Of a DNA stretch of 55,670 nucleotides, positions 49,301 through 55,670 are shown in pieces. Location of the stretch: positions 1 to 55,670 of IMG/VR virus record IMGVR_UViG_3300027491_000004; one strand, 5' to 3'. The notes below the pieces were generated by a model. It made no database searches, was not told where the DNA came from, and saw only the letters and a program-made list of their open reading frames with translations. Within the stretch, counting starts at the first letter, position 1. Each line of letters starts with the position of its first letter. This DNA comes from a virus. Its lineage: Duplodnaviria; Caudoviricetes. A program made the position numbers and the translations under genes.

Positions 49301-51929
49301 AGCAAATACTGCCAGTACGCTCGTGTTCCGTGATACTAACGGCGATTTTCAGGCGCGCAATATTACCACACAGGACGATTATACAAATGGATGGTTTAGA
49401 AATAATAGTAACAACACTGGCCTTTATAATCAGTCAACTTATTTGCACCTTTCCTCAACTGGCGCAAACACGAGCTATTTAGATATTTCTACAGTAGGTT
49501 CTACTAATTCGGGTATTAGATTCTATACCGGAGGCCACGTTAATACTTTACGTGGCTATATTGTAGCAAATACATCTAATGAATTGATGCTATGGAATGC
49601 TGGTGGAAGCTATTCCGCGCGATTCACAAGCACACAAAGTGAAATCTATCAGGATACTTATGTTCCAACATTGTATGGGAACATAATGTATGATAGACAG
49701 AGTACGAGTTTTTACGTAGATCCTGGTTCCACATCTGTTCTTAATCGTCTAAATGTTGCCGGATACTCGATGCGCTCCAGCGCAACGCTTGATTTATCAA
49801 ATACCGGAACGTACTCTACGACTAATTATTATCCTGTCACAATTCCTTTAGCAACTGGAATGCCGACAAGGATGAGAATTGTCAATGCGTTAAATTCAAA
49901 TGTTCCTTCTTGGTCAACGCATGGCAGTGGATTTACGTGCCATGTTGAATGGACATCGAACGGCTCTGGATGGGGAACAATTGCAGTTCAACGGTCAATT
50001 CACCGATATACCGAAGGATATACAAATTCTACCATTTGCGGCGGTATTACGCAAATGACAAATGGAAGTATTGAAGTGATCTGGCTTCGTGGCGGTGGTA
50101 GATACTATTTTGAGGCCGATGCAGATGTTACTCCAACTATACAAAGTACAACATATACAAATAACGGTCAATCAGTAACTCCAGGAAGTGCGCCGCAAAA
50201 TGACGTTTTATCTGCTGCAACAGATACTCGTCCGTCATTTCAGAGACTAAATCTTACTATGAGCACTGGCACGGCGCCGATGACAGTTTCATCGACCACG
50301 CTGGTCACAAACCTAAATGCTGACCTGCTCGATGGATATAACTCTGCCGAAACCGGGTCAAGTATAATCTTACGTACTCAATCTAATGGCTATCTCAATA
50401 TCGACAATTGGATACAAGTTGGCAGTGCCGGCCTTTATAGTTCTGTAAATAGCGCTCACTGGACCCCAAATCAATCAGGCTCATATTCTCCATGGAGAAT
50501 AATTAATTCTCGAGGAGGTTATGGTGGTATTTACGATGACTATAGCGGCGTTAATTGGATGCACGACAGCGCTGGCAACGGAGGCATTTACAGACAGGGT
50601 AATGGCCGCTGGATTTTATATCATAACGTTGCAAATAACTGCACATCAATCAATGGTTCCAACAATACATCCGGATATGGGCTGTATGTCAATGGCAATA
50701 GTTACGTATCAGGCTATGAAAGAGTTGGTGGTGGAAATCTCTATATAGACGGCAATTATGGTAGAGGCGTTGTTGGGTTATATAACGCGGCGCGGTACCA
50801 AGGCGTATTCGCAATGGGAGATTCCTATAAGTTGGCCGATGATGGTACTACCACAGGATCTCTATATGGTATCGCTTGGTCGCATCCAAATGCGGGTGGT
50901 GTGGCTGCAAATCTGAATACTCACGGCGCACTGGTGATGGAAAACGGAACATTCCTAGCTGCAATCTCAGGATCTATTCGATGCCGAGATGATATGCGCG
51001 CTCCAAGGTTTTACGATAGCGGTGATACAAATTATTATGTCGACCCGGCCTCTACCAGTATATTAAATGCAGTTACTGCTACAGAAATAAGAAGTAGCAG
51101 ATATACAGATTCCAGCGGGAACTTCTTATTTAGACTCGCAACTGGTACAGAAGTTGCTCGATCAATTAATCTTGCTGACAGCACAAATGATCCAGCTACG
51201 GTTGTAAGCAATTACGGCGGTACTGGAATCACTTGGGGGCAGCATGCTAACCCATATTATATGATCTATATGGGTAGGGAAACCTACGGCGGCGATTATA
51301 CCAAATTAACACTTGCGTGGCACACCGGAATCAAGATTGGGGCGTATAGTGGTTGGGGCGGTGTAAGATTCTATAATAATTCTCCATTTACCGGAACTGA
51401 AATCTTTTCTGTTGGTAAAGGTGACAATCACGTCCGCGTAGAAAATAATCTATATGTTGGCCAGCTAATCGACATTAGCAACAGTACTTACTATGTCGAT
51501 CCTGCATCAAGTACACGACTAAATGGCGGAATCCAGCTAGATGGATCATTGGGTGTAGGTACTGCAGGATCCGGTACCGCTGGCGAAATTCGCGCAACGA
51601 ATAACATTACTGCTTACTATTCCGATGATCGCCTGAAGACGAAGCTTGGTGCAATCGAGAATCCAATCGAGAAGGTCAAGTCACTCTCTGGATTCTACTT
51701 CGAGGCCAACGAAACAGCAGTTGCTCTTGGTTACCAAAAGAAGCGCGAGGTCGGTGTTTCAGCCCAAGAAGTTCAGGCAATTCTTCCTGAGATCATTGCG
51801 CCTGCTCCGATTGACGATAAGTATATGACTGTACGATATGAAAAGCTTATACCACTCCTGATTGAGGCTATCAAGGAGCAACAAAAACAGATCGAGGAAC
51901 TTAAGTCTCTACTCTCGAACAATAAATAA
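46383..51929 (+). CDS. Long tail fibre with C-terminal intramolecular chaperone (Peptidase S74-like)
   Basis: DIVITP/LSF.G..G.LFSI/SVND.SGLP start; five YYVDP-type repeats; pyocin-knob-like segment (VRGKNNGTWQSWRTVLDS); C-terminal SDDRLKT...GVSAQEV..ILPE...VRYEKLIPLLIEAIKE. Confidence 0.88.
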   Translation: MASDIVITPSRGSTTVNAKIDFTGASTASSQIRLEVLPDNSLSFVGTTGSLFSIADSVTGSLMSVNDASGLPILEVFDTDKVVMGQYNQNTLVVNGTQVGIGTGSPTNKLTIAGVNSNGITLTGSNATITSAGTTPNLILSAGTNIYLRPTSGYTVTVDTGNGLQATTGDIRAPSFIDSADSTYSLDLNSTADTALRIRGGAVFGPNSTWSRYLMVGGNGRSNYTDNTQYASVTTTNGNLHLDAASGFNSYINWYDGTDLIVGAGDSSTERFRVYGSSNYTFASGEIRSPVFKDSADTAYYVDPNATSVLSKLSIGNAPYVSSIQAGALELGRTDTNYQYTSGWTGSMQGGILANCSDNWEFVIHDSGHRLASAFEFRGAGTNVMRLGRDLGWGVTPIEIPGNLTVVGNLTVNGTTTTVNSTTVTIDDPIFTLGGDTAPASDDNKDRGIEFRWHNGTAAKAGFFGFDDSTGYFTFIPDSTNTSEVFSGTQGDIQASNFRGNVVGGTVTVAGTLTINKSGTNSDIIFPAQANDPGYIRHYESNNTAIMYFNVSDDTNDEFHFGYTGDPSTFRLRSDGTVLEGIWQGSSITTTYTDAKVATLTGQSGRILIQGGVSASAQTLGLSIPVAFDQTLKNNARNITGGGTISVSASGEVKWSARFIIISGGRGANYATSGYWDIDCPTSGTITGVGGAANQTANANGIPMGGWQALYYILPIGSGNGSLAANFRLVHYSSDLDIPIDWVLICVRNSDTDTFYFPNGVVLGLGGASARGLQTSANTANAVVIRDGSGNFSAGTVTATQFNGSGAGLSSGTVPIASLVAGDYSSKITSGTYSINVTSADQIDGVAFRNTGSNAGTAADSLEQNGITYVNSNISLLGQTDGALFSQAYNSTWQHQIYGDYRTGQIVVRGKNNGTWQSWRTVLDSSNYTSYTGHIGNGTLTLNTSGSGISGSASFTANQSGAGTFTVTSNATSANTASTLVFRDTNGDFQARNITTQDDYTNGWFRNNSNNTGLYNQSTYLHLSSTGANTSYLDISTVGSTNSGIRFYTGGHVNTLRGYIVANTSNELMLWNAGGSYSARFTSTQSEIYQDTYVPTLYGNIMYDRQSTSFYVDPGSTSVLNRLNVAGYSMRSSATLDLSNTGTYSTTNYYPVTIPLATGMPTRMRIVNALNSNVPSWSTHGSGFTCHVEWTSNGSGWGTIAVQRSIHRYTEGYTNSTICGGITQMTNGSIEVIWLRGGGRYYFEADADVTPTIQSTTYTNNGQSVTPGSAPQNDVLSAATDTRPSFQRLNLTMSTGTAPMTVSSTTLVTNLNADLLDGYNSAETGSSIILRTQSNGYLNIDNWIQVGSAGLYSSVNSAHWTPNQSGSYSPWRIINSRGGYGGIYDDYSGVNWMHDSAGNGGIYRQGNGRWILYHNVANNCTSINGSNNTSGYGLYVNGNSYVSGYERVGGGNLYIDGNYGRGVVGLYNAARYQGVFAMGDSYKLADDGTTTGSLYGIAWSHPNAGGVAANLNTHGALVMENGTFLAAISGSIRCRDDMRAPRFYDSGDTNYYVDPASTSILNAVTATEIRSSRYTDSSGNFLFRLATGTEVARSINLADSTNDPATVVSNYGGTGITWGQHANPYYMIYMGRETYGGDYTKLTLAWHTGIKIGAYSGWGGVRFYNNSPFTGTEIFSVGKGDNHVRVENNLYVGQLIDISNSTYYVDPASSTRLNGGIQLDGSLGVGTAGSGTAGEIRATNNITAYYSDDRLKTKLGAIENPIEKVKSLSGFYFEANETAVALGYQKKREVGVSAQEVQAILPEIIAPAPIDDKYMTVRYEKLIPLLIEAIKEQQKQIEELKSLLSNNK
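51921..51928 (+). promoter_or_regulatory. Late promoter-like AATAAATA
   Basis: One mismatch from consensus, 9 nt before ATG 51938. Confidence 0.5.
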
Positions 51930-51937
51930 TCACTACT

Positions 51938-52348
51938 ATGGCACTAACATATACCTGGAAAATCACTTCTCTTAAGAAGAAAAACAGCGGATCACTCAAT
52001 GGAGTGGTCTTTCAAACATATTGGCAGAAGACCGGCACAGATGAGAATGGTCACACCGGCGTGTTCTCAGGAGCGACTCCGTTTGATCCCGCTCAGGTCG
52101 ATCCAAATAATTTCGTGGCATTCGAGCAGCTCACAGAGGCTACCGTTCTTGGGTGGATTCAGTCTGTTGTGACTGGCCCATACGAGGAGCACGTGAACGA
52201 GCAGATTCAGCGTCAGATCGACGAGAAGGTCAATGCGTCATCTGAAGTCGCAGAGGGTGCATTCCCATGGTCACCAACGGCTCCTGCCACACCTGATCCT
52301 GTAGTGCCCGCGGTTCCTCCTACGACCACTCCGCCGCCAGCAGGGTAA
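51938..52348 (+). CDS. Small fibre-associated protein (possible fibre assembly chaperone)
   Basis: YTWKITSL, W...GTD, F..FEQLTE..VLGWI and PW motifs, of a type recalled next to S74-bearing fibres; Pro-rich tail. Confidence 0.7.
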   Translation: MALTYTWKITSLKKKNSGSLNGVVFQTYWQKTGTDENGHTGVFSGATPFDPAQVDPNNFVAFEQLTEATVLGWIQSVVTGPYEEHVNEQIQRQIDEKVNASSEVAEGAFPWSPTAPATPDPVVPAVPPTTTPPPAG

Positions 52349-52366
52349 GCTTAGTCAATTCTAATG

Positions 52367-52398
52367 CAGGCTCGGGTAATTCCGAGCCTGTTTCTTTT
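52367..52398 (+). terminator. Rho-independent terminator
   Basis: CAGGCTCGG-GTAATT-CCGAGCCTG, a 9-bp perfect stem followed by TTTCTTTT. Confidence 0.88.
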
Positions 52399-52402
52399 GG
52401 TA

Positions 52403-52410
52403 TATAAATA
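52403..52410 (+). promoter_or_regulatory. Late promoter TATAAATA
   Basis: Exact consensus immediately after the terminator, 16 nt before ATG 52427. Confidence 0.85.
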
Positions 52411-52426
52411 GATCATCTAATTTACC

Positions 52427-53338
52427 ATGGCACTACCATCAACAGGCGCGATTTCGCTCAATGCAGTCAATGTGGAGCTTAACCTTCCGGGTACTACGAC
52501 AATTTCTTTGAATCAGTCAAGTGTGCGTACACTGTTTGGCGTAGCGAGTGGTGCAATCAGAATGTCGGATGGATATGGAAAGAGCAGCGCAGTAGTTGCA
52601 GCAGTAACAAATCTTACTGGATCTCCAGCATATATTTGCCAAAATGCGAATTGGGATGATGAGATTTCTTGGTATATTGGAAGCGGTACTGGTAGTATTA
52701 CAGTTTATTTACAGAGAACAGCATATAATAATTGCTCAGGGTGGTCAGAACACGCAACAGCAATTGCTACTGTAACGGCCGGATCCTGGATTACTATACA
52801 ACCGGAATCTTATAGAACAGTTAGTAATAATATGGCATACAGACTCAGAATGGTAAATTCTGCTGGAACGTCATACTCCGCTGGAATTGGAGTAGTATTT
52901 GATCACTGCAACAACTTCGATTATTGCAGCACAACCGATAACTGCCAAGATAATGGATCATGGGGATGTCATAATTGTAGCGAATCGTGTACTTGCAATG
53001 CCTGCAATTATGACTGCAATTGCGATTGCTCATTTGGATATGGTACTGGCGGATGCGATTGCGGAAATGCGTGTGATTGGTGCGCAAATTCACAAAACTA
53101 TGAATGCACCTGCGATTGCTATGGATGCTGTGATGAAAATAATGAAAACTGCACCTGTGATTGCTATGGATGCTGCAGTTGGGTAAGCAATCCTAATTAT
53201 CCGTGCCCGTGCGGCCAATCGCCGTGTGATACTTACTGCACTTGCCCGTGCGGTGAAACATGCAGCAATGGAAATCGCTATACGTGTTTTCAACATGAAT
53301 ATAATGTTTACACTTCCTCATGGGCCGCATGCGCTTAA
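52427..53338 (+). CDS. Cysteine-rich protein with a fibre-tip-attachment-like N-terminus (putative adhesin)
   Basis: MALPSTGAISLNAVNVEL...ISLN...VRTL.G..SGAI.MSD.YGKS start. Hand count gives 36 Cys, 34 of them in the last 143 aa. Confidence 0.7.
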   Translation: MALPSTGAISLNAVNVELNLPGTTTISLNQSSVRTLFGVASGAIRMSDGYGKSSAVVAAVTNLTGSPAYICQNANWDDEISWYIGSGTGSITVYLQRTAYNNCSGWSEHATAIATVTAGSWITIQPESYRTVSNNMAYRLRMVNSAGTSYSAGIGVVFDHCNNFDYCSTTDNCQDNGSWGCHNCSESCTCNACNYDCNCDCSFGYGTGGCDCGNACDWCANSQNYECTCDCYGCCDENNENCTCDCYGCCSWVSNPNYPCPCGQSPCDTYCTCPCGETCSNGNRYTCFQHEYNVYTSSWAACA

Positions 53339-53349
53339 ATAATGTGATT

Positions 53350-54174
53350 ATGAATACAATACCAGAACCAAATATTCCAAATAATTCGGTGCTTACTCCT
53401 GAGAAATTTCAGGAGATTAAGTCCGCACTTGAATCAGAAAATTCAGTGCAGTTTCCATCTGCATTTCAGATGGCGCGGAATCTATTAAAACAGGCATGGA
53501 CATCGAGTATTGATGTTGCCCGCGGCCAACCTTTGCTAGCGTCTGCCGAAAAATCCAAGGCGCGCATGGATATTTGTAAAGGGTGCGAATTTTTGCGCGA
53601 TACTCGCTGCATGAAGTGCGGATGTTTTATGGACAAAAAGGTACATATCGAAAGCGCTCAGTGCCCAACTAATAAGTGGGGCGCAGATCTGCAGAGATTA
53701 TATCCCGCAGAAATTGCGCAGAAAAATTTAGAAAGTCCACATCGTACTTTACATAATATCGATATTCACAAAGAATTTTCCGCTGACGATGCTGCAGCAA
53801 TTGATCGTCTTGCCACGGAATCTCTTGAATTTGATGGACGTTTTTCCTGGAAAGGCATGCAATTTAAGGCAATTGTTGCTCCAAATGGTGCAAGACAAAT
53901 ATCGCAACTGCAACCAAAAATTTCTGTAGCGACATCAATGCCAAATCATAAGAATCTTTCTGTTGAAGAGCAGATCGAGTTTAATAATCTTTTGGTAAAA
54001 CATCAAGCGCCAGATCAGAATAAAGTATTTGCGTACAAATCTCAGATTTTTCATCTGACGCCACGCACATCGAAAGATGCAAAACCTGGACAGTTTATGA
54101 TAAACGTGATTGATCCGAACAATCCGCCACCAGGTGTAGTACTACCACCGACAGTTCCAGCGCCAACGACATAA
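53350..54174 (+). CDS. Hypothetical protein with a CxxC-CxxCxC-CP Cys cluster and two copies of a small repeat domain
   Basis: RMDICKGCEFLRDTRCMKCGCFMDKKVHIESAQCPTNKW. The start could be 53320 or 53350. Confidence 0.75.
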   Translation: MNTIPEPNIPNNSVLTPEKFQEIKSALESENSVQFPSAFQMARNLLKQAWTSSIDVARGQPLLASAEKSKARMDICKGCEFLRDTRCMKCGCFMDKKVHIESAQCPTNKWGADLQRLYPAEIAQKNLESPHRTLHNIDIHKEFSADDAAAIDRLATESLEFDGRFSWKGMQFKAIVAPNGARQISQLQPKISVATSMPNHKNLSVEEQIEFNNLLVKHQAPDQNKVFAYKSQIFHLTPRTSKDAKPGQFMINVIDPNNPPPGVVLPPTVPAPTT

Positions 54175-54177
54175 ACT

Positions 54178-54411
54178 ATGTCCACAGACCAGCAAGAATT
54201 TCGCGCGCTGATAGAGAAGCACAAAGCTGCTGATCAGCCTAAGACCTTTGAATATAAAGGCACATACTACACATTGCGCCGCGATGAGTATAACGTAATG
54301 AACTGGATAATTACGCCAATGTCAGTAGAAAAATACAACAGTACAATTACTGGAATTCCATTAAATATTGTTACTGCACCAGCACCAGTAGAAAATAACA
54401 CCTCTTCTTAA
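54178..54411 (+). CDS. Small hypothetical protein (helix + FEYKG motif)
   Basis: Tightly packed ORF, similar to the C-terminal part of the upstream protein. Confidence 0.72.
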   Translation: MSTDQQEFRALIEKHKAADQPKTFEYKGTYYTLRRDEYNVMNWIITPMSVEKYNSTITGIPLNIVTAPAPVENNTSS

Positions 54412-54412
54412 T

Positions 54413-54607
54413 ATGCCTACTATACATTTTGGAATGCAGGAAGAAGAAATTGCAATTCTTAATCAGAGAATTGAGAATGCAAAGCAGCCGGGTAATTCTC
54501 GTGTATTTGAGTTCAAGGGGCATTACATTAAATTGACAGAAAATTCTGGTACTTGGTCACAGAGCATTTTAACACCCGAGCAAGTAGCTCAGCTAAACCA
54601 GCAATAA
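54413..54607 (+). CDS. Small hypothetical protein (helix + FEFKG motif)
   Basis: Tightly packed ORF sharing the motif of the preceding ORF. Confidence 0.68.
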   Translation: MPTIHFGMQEEEIAILNQRIENAKQPGNSRVFEFKGHYIKLTENSGTWSQSILTPEQVAQLNQQ

Positions 54608-54616
54608 CCCGCTTCG

Positions 54617-55366
54617 ATGGCCTCACCTAATTCCAGACAAACTCTCATCGATTACTGCCTACGTTCACTCGGACAGCCAGTAATTGAGATCAATGTAGAC
54701 GACGATCAGATTTCTGACCGCGTGGATGAGGCTATTCAGTTTTATCGTGAGTATCACTCGGATGCGATCATTCGCCACTATCGAAAGCATCAGCTGACAC
54801 AGCAAAACATCACCGACGGATATATTGATATTCCCGACCAGCTCCTGTTCGTATCTCGTATTTTTCCGCTGGGGAATAATACCGTGTCTTCCTCGGGTAT
54901 GTGGTCTGCTCGCTATCAGATGCACCTGAATGATGTCTACGATCTTCAGTACGCAGGTGCTCTTGTCAATTACGAGATGACACGCCAATTCCTGGAGATG
55001 CTGGATATGCAGCTGAACGGTGTTCCTCCAGTACGGTTCAACCGCCATATGAATCGTCTGTACATCGACCTTGACTGGGGATATCGAGCAGTTGCTGGCG
55101 ACTATGTGATGGTCGATGCATATTCTGCAATTGATCCAGAAACATACACCGACATCTACAACGATATGTTCCTGAAGAAGTATACCACAGCACTTATCAA
55201 GCGTCAGTGGGGTATCAACCTGAAGAAGTTTGAGGGTATTCAGCTTCCGGGTGGAGTTACAATGAACGGCCAGCAAATTTACCAAGAAGCAATTGAAGAA
55301 ATCAAACAGCTTGAAGACGAGATGGAGTTAAAGTACGAGAAGCCAGTCGATTTCTTTGTAGGATAA
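54617..55366 (+). CDS. gp13: Neck protein
   Basis: LIDYCLRSLGQPVIEINVDDDQI.DR.DEA, RFNRH.NRLYID and LKKY.TALIKRQWG.NL.KF.G.QLPGGVT.NG motifs. Confidence 0.95.
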   Translation: MASPNSRQTLIDYCLRSLGQPVIEINVDDDQISDRVDEAIQFYREYHSDAIIRHYRKHQLTQQNITDGYIDIPDQLLFVSRIFPLGNNTVSSSGMWSARYQMHLNDVYDLQYAGALVNYEMTRQFLEMLDMQLNGVPPVRFNRHMNRLYIDLDWGYRAVAGDYVMVDAYSAIDPETYTDIYNDMFLKKYTTALIKRQWGINLKKFEGIQLPGGVTMNGQQIYQEAIEEIKQLEDEMELKYEKPVDFFVG

Positions 55367-55369
55367 TCT

Positions 55370-55670
55370 ATGGCGCGCAACGTATACTTCTACGGACAAG
55401 ACTGTTACTATCTGCCGCGTAATATGGTGTCACGCGATATGATACTCAACGAGGCAATCGAGTCTAAGTTCGATGACGCTTATATGGTCGAGATGTACCT
55501 GGAAAACGTCGATGGATTTGATGGCGACGGATCGCTATTCACCAAATTTGGCCTGGAGATCCGCGAGCAAGCAACGTTTGTAGTTGCGAAGCGAACATGG
55601 GATAAGCTAGTAGGGGTCTGGAATAATGGCATTATTTCGAGTCGTCCAGCAGAAGGTGATCTAATTTACC
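55370..55670 (+). CDS. gp14: Neck protein, partial (runs off the window end)
   Basis: Hand translation MARNVYFYGQDCYYLPR...F.DAY.VEMYLENVDGF.G.G...TKFGLEIREQATFVVAKR.W...RPAEGDLIY. Confidence 0.9.
   Translation, partial: MARNVYFYGQDCYYLPRNMVSRDMILNEAIESKFDDAYMVEMYLENVDGFDGDGSLFTKFGLEIREQATFVVAKRTWDKLVGVWNNGIISSRPAEGDLIY

Noticed and set aside
52899-53296. Alternative-frame Ala/Ile/Met-rich ORFs over the Cys-rich region
   Set aside because: By-products of repeated TGC/TGT codons; the Cys-rich frame is continuous with a recognisable N-terminal domain.
42426-53338. Diversity-generating retroelement or invertible shufflon acting on fibre tips
   Set aside because: No reverse transcriptase or recombinase in the window. 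I found no template/variable repeat pair differing only at adenines and no inverted cassettes; the repeats differ at ordinary synonymous sites.
54665-55285. 206-aa minus-strand ORF
   Set aside because: Antisense to the clearly conserved gp13.

Overview
This window is the late structural-gene region of a large T4-like myovirus, similar in organisation to cyanomyoviruses and related aquatic phages. It uses the standard genetic code and carries about a dozen T4-type late-promoter motifs (TATAAATA or one mismatch). A short minus-strand block holds gp4, gp2, a tail-tube-fold protein, gp26, a gp51-like ORF and the start of a probable tape measure. A plus-strand block follows: gp48, gp53, hub, gp5, gp25, gp6, gp7-like, gp8, a split VrlC-like gene, about 31 kb of fibre, lectin and adhesin genes, then neck genes gp13 and gp14 (truncated by the window end). 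I saw no tRNA, rRNA, CRISPR, integrase, transposase or reverse transcriptase. Main leads: (1) a probable programmed -1 frameshift fusing gp26 to the gp51-like ORF just upstream of the tape measure, in the lambda G/GT arrangement; (2) a separately promoted cassette of a 36-Cys adhesin-like protein, a CxxC protein and a four-fold repeated small domain; (3) a possible daisy-chained fibre system; (4) a high-GC patch in one fibre gene punctuated by DNA-identical repeats; (5) a structured leader with twin stem-loops. All family assignments come from motif recall and synteny, not database searches.
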